The translations under genes were made by a program, and so were the position numbers. From NCBI RefSeq assembly GCF_009914755.1, contig NC_060948.1: DNA of 64,000 nt. One strand, 5' to 3'. The notes beneath the pieces are model-generated. The model had not been told where the DNA came from. It searched no databases and saw only the letters and a program-made list of their open reading frames with translations. This document shows positions 11,533 to 29,082 of the stretch, one piece after another; the stretch's first letter is position 1; each line of letters starts with the position of its first letter. This DNA is from the human T2T-CHM13v2.0 reference genome, Homo sapiens.

Positions 11533-13827
11533 TTCTACTTAATGTAGCAATCATTTGTCTATTCCCTTAGTAAAGTCTAATTGATCTAGGTATCTTACAA
11601 ATATATACAAGACCTGGACATGATAACTAAGGTAGAATTTTTTTAGCTAATTAGCTACTGGAAAACTCAAATTAGTAATTATATATATTTTTATTATATA
11701 CCTGTATGTGTTATTATATATTTATACCTCTATCTATTAGACTCAGGCAAGCTTGAGAAAGTTGTTGTTTGTATTCTAAATTCTGTATTCAAAATAGTTT
11801 CAATCTGGCCTGCAGAAAAAGTTGAATTAGTCTCAATATAAATACAACAAAACCCTTATTGCCAAGGAGAGGCATATACCATGCAAATTCTGATCTGAGG
11901 GAATTTCAATTGTTTCAAAAGCCATGATATTTGGGTTCCTCTGGATTCTAGCATTACATAAACAGGAAGAGAGGTGAAAATAAGCAGTAGTGATATAAAG
12001 AAGTTTCAGGATGGCAATTTGAAATCACGTATTCCAGCTCAACTTTCTAGAAAGTGACACCTGCAGCTTTGTGGGGGTGTCTTCATGCACAAGCTAAATT
12101 GTACCTGTTCCAAATGGCCAGATGCACCTATACTCTGAATGTGGGTATACACCCACATTTACCAAGCATTTTAAAATATGCTCTTTAAAGCATAGTTTTG
12201 TATCCATTCTGATGACTTCTAGCCTGTAAACACAGGACCCGTGTTAATTTAACTTTTAGTATCACAATAGAATGACATTTTTTAAAGTATAGTTATGATG
12301 GTATCATACAACCAGAAATCTAGATGTGAATGAGGTATTTCACTCACTTTTGACCTCTTCTGCTTTACTCCTATGTCCAAAAAAAGAAAACAAGGCATGG
12401 AGGTATATTTCTGGCATTATAGGTGGGTGAAAGGCACCCACTATGAGCTCTGAGCCGAAATGTTTGCCACAGGCTTAAATAACTAATTAGGCTTGGGGAA
12501 GAGAATGGCTACTTAGAGACATACACCTATAAACTCGGGCATATTTACGCTAGCATATTCATTTACCACAGAATTTATTTATCCCTTATCTCTTCTCTCA
12601 TGATATTTCTGTATTTTTCTTCTTGGGCAGAGCCAAGTTTTGTGAGTTTATTTGGTCATTTTCTGCATGTATCCCTACTCCTGCTTTTTTTTTCCCCTTC
12701 AGATCCACATGCAGCTCAACAGAGGACATAATAATATATCTCTTCTTTCTCACTCTCTTCTGTTCTTACCATCAAAAATATTCCTAAACCATCTACCTCT
12801 CCACCTTTTTAATCAGTTTTACCTATTTCATTTTTGAAAATAAGAGGAATTATGCCACACAATTTGTATATATATATAAATTTTTATATATACACATATA
12901 TATAAAAATTTATACTTACACATATATATATATATATCCATTAAATTGCTAATATTATCACATCAGCCACTTTACTAAACAACATGATCTTACTTGGACC
13001 CAACAAATAATTAATTCTGGTATGTTATTTTTAACATCTATAATTATATAATAATAATAACACTAAGAACAAAAACAACAATAACGACATAATAGTTTTT
13101 GCAAATAAAATTGATATTCAAGGCAGAAAGATATACAACTTTGTAAGCATAGTAAAGCAATATAACCCTTCTTCTTGTAAAAAAGCAGAAAAAAGTTTTC
13201 CTGATACATAAACATAATAGTTTATAACTGATGCTAGTAGATGAAAGAATAGTCAATACATTCTTAGTACTTCCAATGCTAAGAACTTGCCCAAAAGAGA
13301 TAGGAGAGATCCTTGTCCTGAAAGAGTAATGAGAACATCAGAGTCAAGTTAGTAGAGAGGTAAGGACATGAATTATTTTTGGAGTAGATCAACTAATTAT
13401 ATGATTTGTAACAATAAAACTTAAAATATAATTTGTATTTCCTAAATTTCTACAGGTTTTTCCCTCCACATATCTTTACGTCACATATTCTGCGCTATTT
13501 TTCTTCCTTGCATTTATTGTGATGAAGCTGTCAAGTTTATGTCAGAAATAGGCATTTACAATGAACAAAACCTACACTGTGAATCTGGATGCAGGATGAA
13601 GTTATGCGCATCTAGGAAATAACATGCTACATCCTGTATCGATGATCCTGAAAGATCTTCGCATTTACAATGAACCTGTCATCAGTAGAACTTAAGCCAG
13701 ATGTCAGAAAGAGAGTCCAGAGACCGTGGTTCTCTATGTAATACACAGAATGGAAATGGCATGAACAGTGACACTGAACTTTTGTGCCCTGTCTCACTAT
13801 CATGCGTGCCCAGGAGACCTTGTTCTA

Positions 13828-13876
13828 AGAGAAAAAGAAAGAAAGAAAGAAAGAGAGAAAGAGAGAAAGAAAGAAA

Positions 13877-13940
<64 letters not shown>

Positions 13941-14005
13941 AAAGAAAGAAAGAAAGAAAAGAAAGAGAAAGAAAGAGAGAGAGAGAAAGCAAGCAAGCAA
14001 GCAAG
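13828..14005. repeat. Compound (GAAA)n/(GA)n/(GCAA)n microsatellite
   Basis: Long polypurine tract read directly from the sequence. Confidence 0.97.
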
Positions 14006-14589
14006 CGGGCATTTGGTCCTTAGGACATTTAGTGAAATGACAAATGGAAGAACAATTAATGACAACTGTGAGTTTTGGTGCAGATCGTAGGGAATCCTAA
14101 GCTGAGAATTTGACAGCCAAATGACTATAATTAACTACGAAAAGGTCAACTAGAAAAAACAAGGCACATACTTAAGCAGACTCTTGTTAAGCTTGTCTTG
14201 TGGTCTGTTTTGTGATCTATTTTCATATGAACTGAAACAGGTCTAACTTTCAAAAGGAAGAAAGGTAAAATATGAGTGACCATATTTTGTCTATTCATAT
14301 TCATTTTAAAAATATGGCTTAACTGTTATTCCCAGAATCGTAGTTCAAATTTCATTAAAGTAGTTTAAAAGGGAAAGAGGAGGAGAAAGACAGCAAGGAG
14401 AAAGAGAATGCATACTACATATAAATCGCACTTTGAAAATTCCAAGGTCCCTCGTAAAATTATGAAGAAGTGAAATTGAGCAAGTATAGTGCATTCCTCC
14501 CGGTATTGCATTTCCAGAAGTATGTTGTATAGTCCTAACAGCTTTATACAAGAGATTTGGCTTGTTGATATCTTGTATTCAGTCTCTAT

Positions 14590-15100
14590 TTTTAGTTGTG
14601 TATTTATGTATTTATTTTTATTGTCTATATTTAAGGTGTTCAACGTGATGTTTTTGTACACCTCTGCGTAGTAAAAAGATCACTACAGTCAGACAAAAAC
14701 ATTAACCTACCCATCACATACCATAGCTACCATTTTTTAAATAGTAAGAGCGCTTAAAATCTACTCTCTTAGTAAACTTTTTGTATACTATACAATAATA
14801 TTAACTATAGACCTCATGCTGTACATCATTATAACTCTAGACCTATTCATCCTACATAGCTGCAACTTTTTACTCTGTGACCAATTTCTCCCCATTTTTT
14901 TCCTCTCCTTACGCCTGATAACCACTGTTCTACTGTTTATTTCTATGTATTTAACTAAGTTTTAGATATTAAATATCATTGAGATCATGCAGTATTTTTC
15001 TTTCTATGTTTGGCTTATTTCACTTAGGATAATGTCCTCTAGACTCATCTCTGTTATTACAAATGGTAGTTTATCCTTTTTTAAAGCTGAATAATATTAT
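14590..15100 (-). mobile_element. L1MA-type (MA8/9-like) 3' end
   Basis: cttaaaatctactctcttag...ttaactatag...catgctgtaca...gagatcatgcagtattt...tggcttatttcacttag. Confidence 0.75.
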
Positions 15101-16402
15101 GGGATATCAAGAAGTCCCAAATTATTTATAGCACAAAAATATGGTTTATGTTGGCAATAGCTGGCAGGAAGCTCCCTGGTTTTGAATTTAATATAGGCAA
15201 ATATGCACTAATCGGAAAACTGTAGTCTTTAATGGTGACAAGTCATACTCTTTCAAAGTTTACATTTTATCATCAAACTTACATTATTTTAGCTGCTTAT
15301 AAGAACTACTGTGAGCTATGATTAATTTGCTTTCAATTTTTACATTTTCTGTATTTATTATTTTTTGTGCTAATTGGCTCTGAGCCTCTGGGTACAATTT
15401 GAAGAATTAGAAACTACATTTCTACAATAAAGTAATGAGCCACTTAAACTTTGATGTAACCCACATTATATTAGGAGACAATATTTTTATATCAGTGGCT
15501 GTGACAAACAAGTGGCTGTAATTCAATTAGTTTGAATTTGCATTTTCCAGCATAACAACCTTTATTATGATATTATCTTCACATCTGAGTAGCTAGATAT
15601 GAAGTATTCAAATAAATTTCTATGCACATTTTTATGTCACATAATCATTTTATTTTGTTCTCTCTCACAATTTTTCATAGTAAAACATGTTTGCTTTGGA
15701 GAAAGCTGTATTTTTTGTGCATTACTGAGCTGAAGTAAAACTATCATTATGTCATTGATTAGAAATTGAGGTAGCAAAATTCTCCCCCAGCTGGGTGCAC
15801 AATTGTGGGAAAGTGTGTTTCAGATCCATCTCTGTGTACAAAAAGGAATGGAATGTACTTTGTCGAGATCATTAGTGCTGACTACACATATGTGAAAATT
15901 CAGAAGAGATAGGTGCTTGATGACAAATAGAACTTATGAAACAAGCATTAGTGGGACTAATTTTTATAGATAATTGGAACAAAATTTCCTAAACTTTTTC
16001 TTTCTGTTCCTTATGATAATCTCTTCTTTCATTTTCCAACAAGCCTGCTGTGCATTTCTTAAATTTATCTACCACATAACTGAGTGACAGTTTAAAACTG
16101 AGATAAAGCTTGAGAATATGCAAACATCTTTATAAAACATACTTGAGAGCCCGTTATTATTTTTTTATTTTTTATTTTTTATTTTTTATTTTTTTTTATT
16201 ATACTCTAAGTTTTAGGGTACATGTGCACATTGTGCAGGTTAGTTACATATGTATACATGTGCCATGCTGGTGCGCTGCACCCACTAATGTGTCATCTAG
16301 CATTAGGTATATCTCCCAATGCTATCCCTCCCCACTCCCCCGACCCCACCACAGTCCCCAGAGTGTGATATTCCCCTTCCTGTGTCCATGTGATCTCATT
16401 GT

Positions 16403-20254
<3,852 letters not shown>

Positions 20255-20293
20255 TCATTAGTTGATGCAGTTTCTTCCTATTCTCGATGGTCT

Positions 20294-21310
20294 TTACATT
20301 TTGGCATGATTTTGCAGCGGCTGGTACCGGTTGTTCCTTTCCATGTTTAGCGCTTCCTTCAGGAGCTCTTTTAGGGCAGGCCTGGTGGTGACAAAATCTC
20401 TCAGCATTTGCTTGTCTATAAAGTATTTTATTTCTCCTTCACTTATGAAGCTTAGTTTGGCTGGATATGAAATTCTGGGTTGAAAATTCTTTTCTTTAAG
20501 AATGTTGAATATTGGCCCCCACTCTCTTCTGGCTTGTAGGGTTTCTGCCGAGAGATCCGCTGTTAGTCTGATGGGCTTTCCTTTGAGGGTAACCCGACCT
20601 TTCTCTCTGGCTGCCCTTAACATTTTTTCCTTCATTTCAACTTTGGTGAATCTGACAATTATGTGTCTTGGAGTTGCTCTTCTCGAGGAGTATCTTTGTG
20701 GCGTTCTCTGTATTTCCTGAATCTGAACGTTGGCCTGCCTTGCTAGATTGGGGAAGTTCTCCTGGATAATATCCTGCAGAGTGTTTTCCAACTTGGTTCC
20801 ATTCTCCACATCACTTTCAGGTACACCAATCAGACGTAGATTTGGTCTTTTCACATAGTCCCATATTTCTTGGAGGCTTTGCTCATTTCTTTTTATTCTT
20901 TTTTCTCTAAACTTCCCTTCTCGCTTCATTTCATTCATTTCATCTTCCATTGCTGATACCCTTTCTTCCAGTTGATCGCATCGGCTCCTGAGGCTTCTGC
21001 ATTCTTCACGTAGTTCTCGAACCTTGGTTTTCAGCTCCATCAGCTCCTTTAAGCACTTCTCTGTATTGGTTATTCTAGTTATACATTCTTCTAAATTTTT
21101 TTCAAAGTTTTCAACTTCTTTGCCTTTGGTTTGAATGTCCTCCCGTAGCTCAGAGTAATTTGATCGTCTGAAGCCTTCTTCTCTCAGCTCGTCAAAATCA
21201 TTCTCCATCCAGATTTGTTCTGTTGCTGGTGAGGAACTGCGTTCCTTTGGAGGAGGAGAGGTGCTCTGCGTTTTAGAGTTTCCAGTTTTTCTGTTCTGTT
21301 TTTTCCCCAT
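20294..21310 (-). CDS. L1 ORF1p RNA-binding chaperone, 338 aa
   Basis: Canonical length. REKG, ARR and YPAKLS motifs are intact. 63-nt inter-ORF spacer. Confidence 0.98.
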   Translation of the reverse strand: MGKKQNRKTGNSKTQSTSPPPKERSSSPATEQIWMENDFDELREEGFRRSNYSELREDIQTKGKEVENFEKNLEECITRITNTEKCLKELMELKTKVRELREECRSLRSRCDQLEERVSAMEDEMNEMKREGKFREKRIKRNEQSLQEIWDYVKRPNLRLIGVPESDVENGTKLENTLQDIIQENFPNLARQANVQIQEIQRTPQRYSSRRATPRHIIVRFTKVEMKEKMLRAAREKGRVTLKGKPIRLTADLSAETLQARREWGPIFNILKEKNFQPRISYPAKLSFISEGEIKYFIDKQMLRDFVTTRPALKELLKEALNMERNNRYQPLQNHAKM

Positions 21311-22215
21311 CTTTGTGGTTTTATCTACTTTTGGTCTTTGATGATGGTGATGTACAGATGGGTTTTCGGTGTAGATGTCCTTTCTGGTTGTTAGTTTTCC
21401 TTCTAACAGACAGGACCCTCAGCTGCAGGTCTGTTGGAATACCCTGCCGTGTGAGGTGTCAGTGTGCCCCTGCTGGGGGGTGCCTCCCAGTTAGGCTGCT
21501 CGGGGGTCAGGGGTCAGGGACCCACTTGAGGAGGCAGTCTGCCCGTTCTCAGATCTCCAGCTGCGTGCTGGGAGAACCACTGCTCTCTTCAAAGCTGTCA
21601 GACAGGGACACTTAAGTCTGCAGAGGTTACTGCTGTCTTTTTGTTTGTCTGTGCCCTGCCCCCAGAGGTGGAGCCTACAGAGGCAGGCAGCCTCCTTGAG
21701 CTGTGGTGGGCTCCACCCAGTTCGAGCTTCCCGGCTGCTTTGTTTACCTAAGCAAGCCTGGGCAATGGCGGGCGCCCCTCCCCCAGCCTCATTGCCGCCT
21801 TGCAGTTTGATCTCAGACTGCTGTGCTAGCAATCAGCGAGATTCCGTGGGCGTAGGACCCTCTGAGCCAGGTGTGGGATATAGTCTCGTGGTGCGCCGTT
21901 TCTTAAGCCGGTCTGAAAAGCGCAATATTCGGGTGGGAGTGACCCGATTTTCCAGGTGCGTCCGTCACCCCTTTCTTTGACTCGGAAAGGGAACTCCCTG
22001 ACCCCTTGCGCTTCCCAGGTGAGGCAATGCCTCGCCCTGCTTCGGCTCGCGCACGGTGCGCACACACACTGGCCTGCGCCCACTGTCTGGCACTCCCTAG
22101 TGAGATGAACCCGGTACCTCAGATGGAAATGCAGAAATCACCCGTCTTCTGCGTCGCTCACGCTGGGAGCTGTAGACCGGAGCTGTTCCTATTCGGCCAT
22201 CTTGGCTCCTCCTCC
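21311..22215 (-). promoter_or_regulatory. L1HS 5'UTR internal sense and antisense promoter, CpG-rich, intact YY1 site
   Basis: YY1 motif cggccatcttggc at 22194-22206; dense CpG from about 21760 to 22200. Confidence 0.9.
21765..21980 (+). CDS. L1 ORF0 (antisense, 71 aa)
   Basis: ATG at 21765 in gcaATGg context; MAGAPPPASLPPCSLISDCC...RCVRHPFL then stop. Confidence 0.9.
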   Translation: MAGAPPPASLPPCSLISDCCASNQRDSVGVGPSEPGVGYSLVVRRFLSRSEKRNIRVGVTRFSRCVRHPFL

Positions 22216-22499
22216 TAGCGAGAGCCCGTTATTTAATGTTGAATATTGTATGATTTTTCTAAATGTGAGCAAATAATATAATTATAATGTTTTCTTTTTT
22301 CAAACTCTGAATTATGTAAAACAAACATATATTTTGTAAGTATCTATTTAAAACACAGCTATATGGATGCACATTGCATATACTAAAAGGTCATAAATAC
22401 AGATCACACTGTATGAGACTACAGTAAAGTTCAGTGAGATAATTTACTTTTACTGCAATGGTAATTTTTTTTTTTAAATTGTAAAGTTTCATTTTAGTA

Positions 22500-22632
22500 A
22501 GAACTTCAAAGCAAGATGAATAAGCCCTAGAGATCTGCTGTACATTGTGTCTATAGTCAACAATACCATATTGGACACATAAAATTTAAGAAGGTAGATC
22601 TCATGTTGAGTTCTCTGACTACAATAAAGTAC
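22500..22632 (+). mobile_element. L1MB-type 3' end fragment
   Basis: aagatgaataagccctagagatctgctgtaca...ggtagatctcatgtt...acaataaa. Confidence 0.65.
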
Positions 22633-22824
22633 AATTTTCTTAAAAGTTGTTATCAGTAAGTTATAGCATTGGAATTCTAATGTAATGAACAGGGCAGTTC
22701 ATACATCTTTTTTTTTTTTGGTCTCCTTAGAAGTCAATAAGGTAGTAATGTGTTCATTTCTAGGTCAAAACCCATTTTTAGGAATAAAGTTATGAGAAGC
22801 TTTCATTCAAGACTTAGACTCTGA

Positions 22825-23181
<357 letters not shown>

Positions 23182-24842
23182 GCTCCCTTAATTTTTATAT
23201 CCCTCTCTTGCCAACAGGTTTTTTTTTTAAGGTTATTTTCTTTCCCTTCACAAGGCTATGTGATGTAATGCAAAGGAAAATGAGAAGCATCTGCTGAAGA
23301 GTTAAACACCCATACCAAAAGAACCATTTCGCTATTTTGCATATTATCTATTCTAAAGGTAGTTAAGAGATCCTCACCCTGAACTCAAAGGCAATTCAAA
23401 AATTTCCTTAAACAAAATCAGAGTGCAATTATTGGACATGAAATAGTAAAGAGGTATAAGTTGTTTAGAACATTTTATTTTAAAATAACATGAAAGTCAT
23501 GCATATATGGTCAGTCCTAAGTCCTTTTCATGTTATTTGTGATTCAAGAGATATATTTTGTCCTGGCCTCTCAATAGGATGTCAGTGCACTTTTGTCTTC
23601 TCTGCATGAACTGCCAAGCAGTTTAACAGATCAGAACATCTAGCCCCTGTTAGGAGTATTAAATATCACTGTCAGTTTATTCTATGAAAAATGAAGTGTA
23701 TGTCAGCGGGGCTGTCATGCTATATGTACAAACAGTTGACCTTCCACTTTGTTTCAGGAATGAGGCTGATATTTGATTTTCTTTTTTTTTAATCAGCCTT
23801 GTTTTTGCCAGTGGATTTTTTAGGCCGGCACCACTGTAATCCATTATTTCTCACTAACAATACTGAATTTACATAAAACATTCAAGAAAATGCATTGATC
23901 TACAGCTATGTCCTCTTTTTGAAATAAGGCAATAAGGCATCAGGGGCTGAATAGTTGTGAAAGCTCTTTGACCTGAAGTATCAGTAAATGCATAAGATTT
24001 ATGAATAGTTCACCAGTATTTGTCAGCACAACAGAACATAAACATTTGTATTGCTGGGTGCTCATTTTACAGTTGTTTATAGAGACTACAGGGTGCCATT
24101 CTACTGTCGACGACTCTGCGCTAGATACAAAAGTATCACTACATTGGGATTGTATTTTCCTATAGCCAAGTAAATTCATGTGATAAGATGTAAACTGAGG
24201 CTCAAAGATATTAGGAAACTTGGTTGTAGTCATACAGTTTTACATGGAAGAATTGATATTTAAACCCTGATTTGCCATACCCAAGAGTTCTTTCCTCTGT
24301 ATGGCATACCAGATTTTTAATAGTGAGGTTCCTTGAATATTTACATAAAATATTTATATACTGATACAATCCTTTATTTACTATTCTCTTTCATCAACTC
24401 AAGCGAATTGCTTAGCATAATAAAACCTCCATAAATCTGCATACCATCTCTTTCCATACTGATTTCTCCAGTTGCCCCTCAATCCCAATGCTTTAAACAA
24501 TCCAGATAATCTTAGGTTCACTTAATGATTCATGCGGCTTCATGTGCCTGCTTATATGCTATTCTGTTTGAATGTCCACTTTGAAAACACTTCTCATCTT
24601 TCAACACACAGTCGCAGTCAATTTTTTTTTGTAATGCTTTCCATTTCTCCTCCTTGAGGTAGAATTGAGCACTCTCTCCTCTGTGACATCACTATACCCT
24701 ATATGGACTGCTGTCATACCAGCTAAGATAAATTTATTATGTATTTTAACGAGTTTATTGAGAAATAACTGACAAATTACAAATTGTCCATATGTAAAGT
24801 ATGCAATTCGGCATATCAGTAAACATTCGAAATTATCACCAC

Positions 24843-25197
24843 TGTATTATTCCATTTTCATGCTGCTGATAAAGATATACCCGAGACTGGGAATAAAAAG
24901 AGGTTTAATTAGACTTTCAGTTTCACATGGCTGAGGAGGCCTCAGAATCATGGTGGAAGGCAAAAGGCACTTCTTACATGGCAGCAGCAAGAAAAAATGA
25001 GGAAGATGCAAACGCGGAAACCCTTGATAAAGCCATCAGATCTCGTGAGACTTACTCACTACCACAAGAGCGGCATGGGGGAAACTGCCCACATGATTCA
25101 AATTATCTTCCACCGAGTCCCTCCCACAACACATGGAAATTATGGGAATACAATTCAAAATGAGATTTGTGTGGGGAGACAGAACCAAATCATATCA
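24843..25197 (-). mobile_element. THE1 (THE1C-like) solo LTR nested in an old L1M 3' fragment
   Basis: tgtatta...catatca termini; perfect 5-bp TSD accac at 24838-24842 and 25198-25202. Confidence 0.93.
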
Positions 25198-26210
25198 ACC
25201 ACGATCAAAATACTGAACATATTTATTATTCCTAGAATTTTTTTCATTTTCCCAGTACCTACTGCATTGACTACCATTTTAGATTTTATCAGTTAATTGG
25301 TAAATATGTATTGACTGAAATAACTTTCTTTGGCAATATAATTCTGTAGTATATATAAAGTAGGGGTTCATTGTCTATGATATAGATGAGATTGGTTTTA
25401 ATGCTTGAAAACATGCAATTTATATGAGAATCTTTAAAAATTAGGAAGTATAAGAGACAAAATATCAATTTCTTTCTCCTACATTTAAGAACAGGTAGTC
25501 TCTTCAAAATCCCAGAAGTTGAGCCTTAGCTGAGGTTTAGTGTTTTCTAAACAGGCTTAAAATGGAAGTTGTTTAATTATATAATAATTATGCAAGGAAA
25601 AATGTGGTGATGAAGATTAAACAACTCTTTTATATAGGCCATCTAGGAATTAATCATTGGAGGAAAAGTAACTCTTAGGTTTTAGAGCATCAATTAGTAA
25701 ACTACAGGTGTATCATTCCTAGCAGCTAGTAAATAGGTGAAGGTGGTTGCACAAGCCTTTTTTCAGAGATGTATATTCTTTGACTTTGGGACTACTATTA
25801 AATATGCCCACACAGAAAGCATTCCATGAGGACGACAATGGATTATGGAATATGGCAAAACCAAAATTATGTTAATGTAGAAACCAAAGTAATTCCACCT
25901 TTCTGGGGACAAGCCCAGATATGTAAACATACTGCTTATCTAGCTACATTTATCTTTCACTATGAGTCCCTAAAATGTTATACCGCAGGTATGTTAAGTA
26001 ACTAACTTCTAAGAATGCACTATAAACTCTTCTTACATGCCTTTGCAGTACCCTCACCTAGAATGCTTTTCCACCCATTCCCATATCCCTTTGCCTAGTT
26101 AGTTCTCAGTCATTAGCTCTAATTTTGAAGTTGACTCCTCTAAGAAGACATATTTGGCCAAATTACTTGAGACTCTTACCTTTGTGTTCCATAGCACTCT
26201 GAGATATTTG

Positions 26211-26597
26211 TGTTAAAGAAAAGCAGATTTGGGCAATAGTTAAAGTGGTAAAGCAGATTTTATTCAGGAACTATTGTAGATGGAGAAAAGAGGCTTCAGT
26301 ATGGCACTTGAGCTCAGTTTCAAATACAGCAAGGGCAAGTGGAGATTTATAGCCAAGGAGGAAGTTGTTGGGTGAAGCTTGGTGGATGGAAAAATTACTA
26401 AGTGTAGGGGAAATTCTGCCTAAATTGACCTAACAGTATTCTTGTGGAATCTTTCAGGTCAGGTGATATGGAAGGTAAGAGATTCTGACTAAAACTGGGC
26501 TAAGCAGTTCTTAAGACAAGGCTGAAGAACAAGGCCTAATCAAGAAAGGTCTTAAAGGAGCCTGACCAAAGTTTGGTCAATGAGAGACTCTTTGTTT
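26211..26597 (-). mobile_element. ERV1-class solo LTR (MER31-like) within L2 relics
   Basis: tgttaaagaaaa...gggcaagtggagatttatagccaagg...ggagcctgaccaaagtttggtcaa...ctttgt. Family name recalled, not aligned. Confidence 0.65.
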
Positions 26598-28732
26598 CTA
26601 TCATAACATTCATCACACTGTACTGAAATAACTTTGTAAGAATTTTTTTTTTACATATACCCCACTAGACTGGAAGCTTCAGGAGGGTAGATTATTCTTT
26701 ATTCAATATTGTATTCCTCACAAATAGCAACATGCTTGGCACATGCAATCAATGTTTGTTGAATTGAAATTAACTTTTAAAGTACAGAGTATAAGATAAA
26801 TGTAAGTGACTATTTTTAAAATATATAGCTTTAGTGGTTGATATTCATTAGGAATTAGATACCAGCATTCTACAATCAAATGATAAATCCTTTGAAGTAT
26901 AAACTTCTGATTGATGTGTTTATATATATTTAGTAATTATGAAAATGGAAACTAGTTATTTTCTGATCTATCACTGAAACTTTTCTTAATAGTATGGCTT
27001 TGTTTCAAATAACCATTACAATAGAGAATGATCTTGTTTACATTAGAAACAAGGCTAATATAGGACTAAACAGCTGTCTTAAATTATTTGTAATCAAAAT
27101 TTTGTCTGATATGCTGTCGTAAATGTTGCTATGCCCTTATTTGTTTCATGCAGATATTGATCATTTAAGAATAATATCTGCATGATGACAAAATGCCTGC
27201 TTAATTTGTTAAGTGAGAGAAAAGTCAAACTTTTTGATGAACAGTTTATTAACTTTTTGCAATTATTTATTTATTGTTTTGTTATTTGGTAAAGACACAC
27301 TCTCTGTTGGCTTAAACTGTAAACTATAGCAAGGATTTGCATACACTTTAATGGGAATTCTATAATTTGACCGTTATTTCAGATATCCACAATTAATCAT
27401 ACCCTGTGACTTTTCCTTTTCTCTCTTTTAAAGTGATTTTATGAATGTATGCTCCTTAAAAGAGGTAGTTTTGCTTGTCTTTAGTTGAGTAACATTAGTC
27501 CAGCAACAAAATTAGCAAAAGTATAATGGTAACTTGCAAAGTTTCTATAACAACGATGCTATCCTATTGGGACCACATGGTATCACATATGTTATGCCAG
27601 ATTACTCACTCTTAACAGACACCTGTGGTTCATTAACAAAATGTGCTGGAGTATCCCTAATTATACAAACAATTGATAGTTTAAAATAATTTTGCTACAT
27701 TTTTATAATAGGGGCTTCTTTTCCTTAAATATTCTGCTGCCCAGTTTCTTAAAACTAAAAAAAAATCATGACAAAAGAATGAAACTTTAAGTCAGGTTAT
27801 TATATTGGCCATATAGTTAATTTTACTATATATTAGTAACTAACATATAGCTTTAAGTTGACTTAACCTACCTTTAAATCAATACAATAATGTAGCAATT
27901 ATGAGGCTGTTGCAAACTATAAATGTATTGCATACTTCTACAATATGTAGCACTTAAAACTCATAAAATGTTTAAAAGCAAAGATCACACTCATACATAA
28001 AATACAACTCCACAATAAGAAATAAAAAATATAACATGAAGTAGTGATTGTAAAATACCCAATGAAAGATAAATCCCTTAACTTGAATAGCAGCCTATTT
28101 GTTGTTTCATTCATATTGTCATCAACAGTATATTATAATATTATAATATTATAATATCTATTATAACAAAACTTGAAATATCTTGAGTATATTCTTAGAT
28201 AACTTGAGCGGCTGCAGATCAGCATAATATTTCCAGCTGATTATTTAAAAGCGTCCTAAAAAGAAATCCGCAGACAGTTTTATTTGTTTACCACCTTGAA
28301 AATTCTTCCTAAATCTATTAAATATCAACTAATATTCATTGTAGTTCTTTTCATATTAAAGTCAAAATCATTTCAATAAACTGAACAACTTTTTGAAAAT
28401 CAGAATATAGAAGTTCTGTGATGTTTGTCTCAGTAACTATGACCATTTACCTATAGGAAAAATTTACTCATCAATATGATATCTAAGTTAATTTAGATTT
28501 ATGTTTCTTTATGTAAATAAATATAAAATGATTGAATATCTGATTCTATATTAATATAATTTTTCACTTGTAGTAATTTTTGCCTAGATAAAGGTGGTGG
28601 ATTAAAAAAATAGGAAGACTAAAATAGATGGAAGTGCCTCTCCTCATCTGGAGTTTGAAAAAAAAAAAAACAAAAAAACAGTGGATAGTTACTACCATCA
28701 CCTTTAATAAAGGACTTTAGAAATACCTTCCT

Positions 28733-29082
<350 letters not shown>

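Noticed and set aside
13567-13660. Resemblance of the antisense insert to the U3 snoRNA 5' end, or to a C/D snoRNA or pre-miRNA
   Set aside because: Similarity is only about 12 nt (tttcaggatcat) and the boxes are not correctly placed; kept only as an unexplained insert.
13682-14090. K/E/R-rich and F/L/S-rich ORFs up to 129 aa
   Set aside because: Translations of the (GAAA)n tract.
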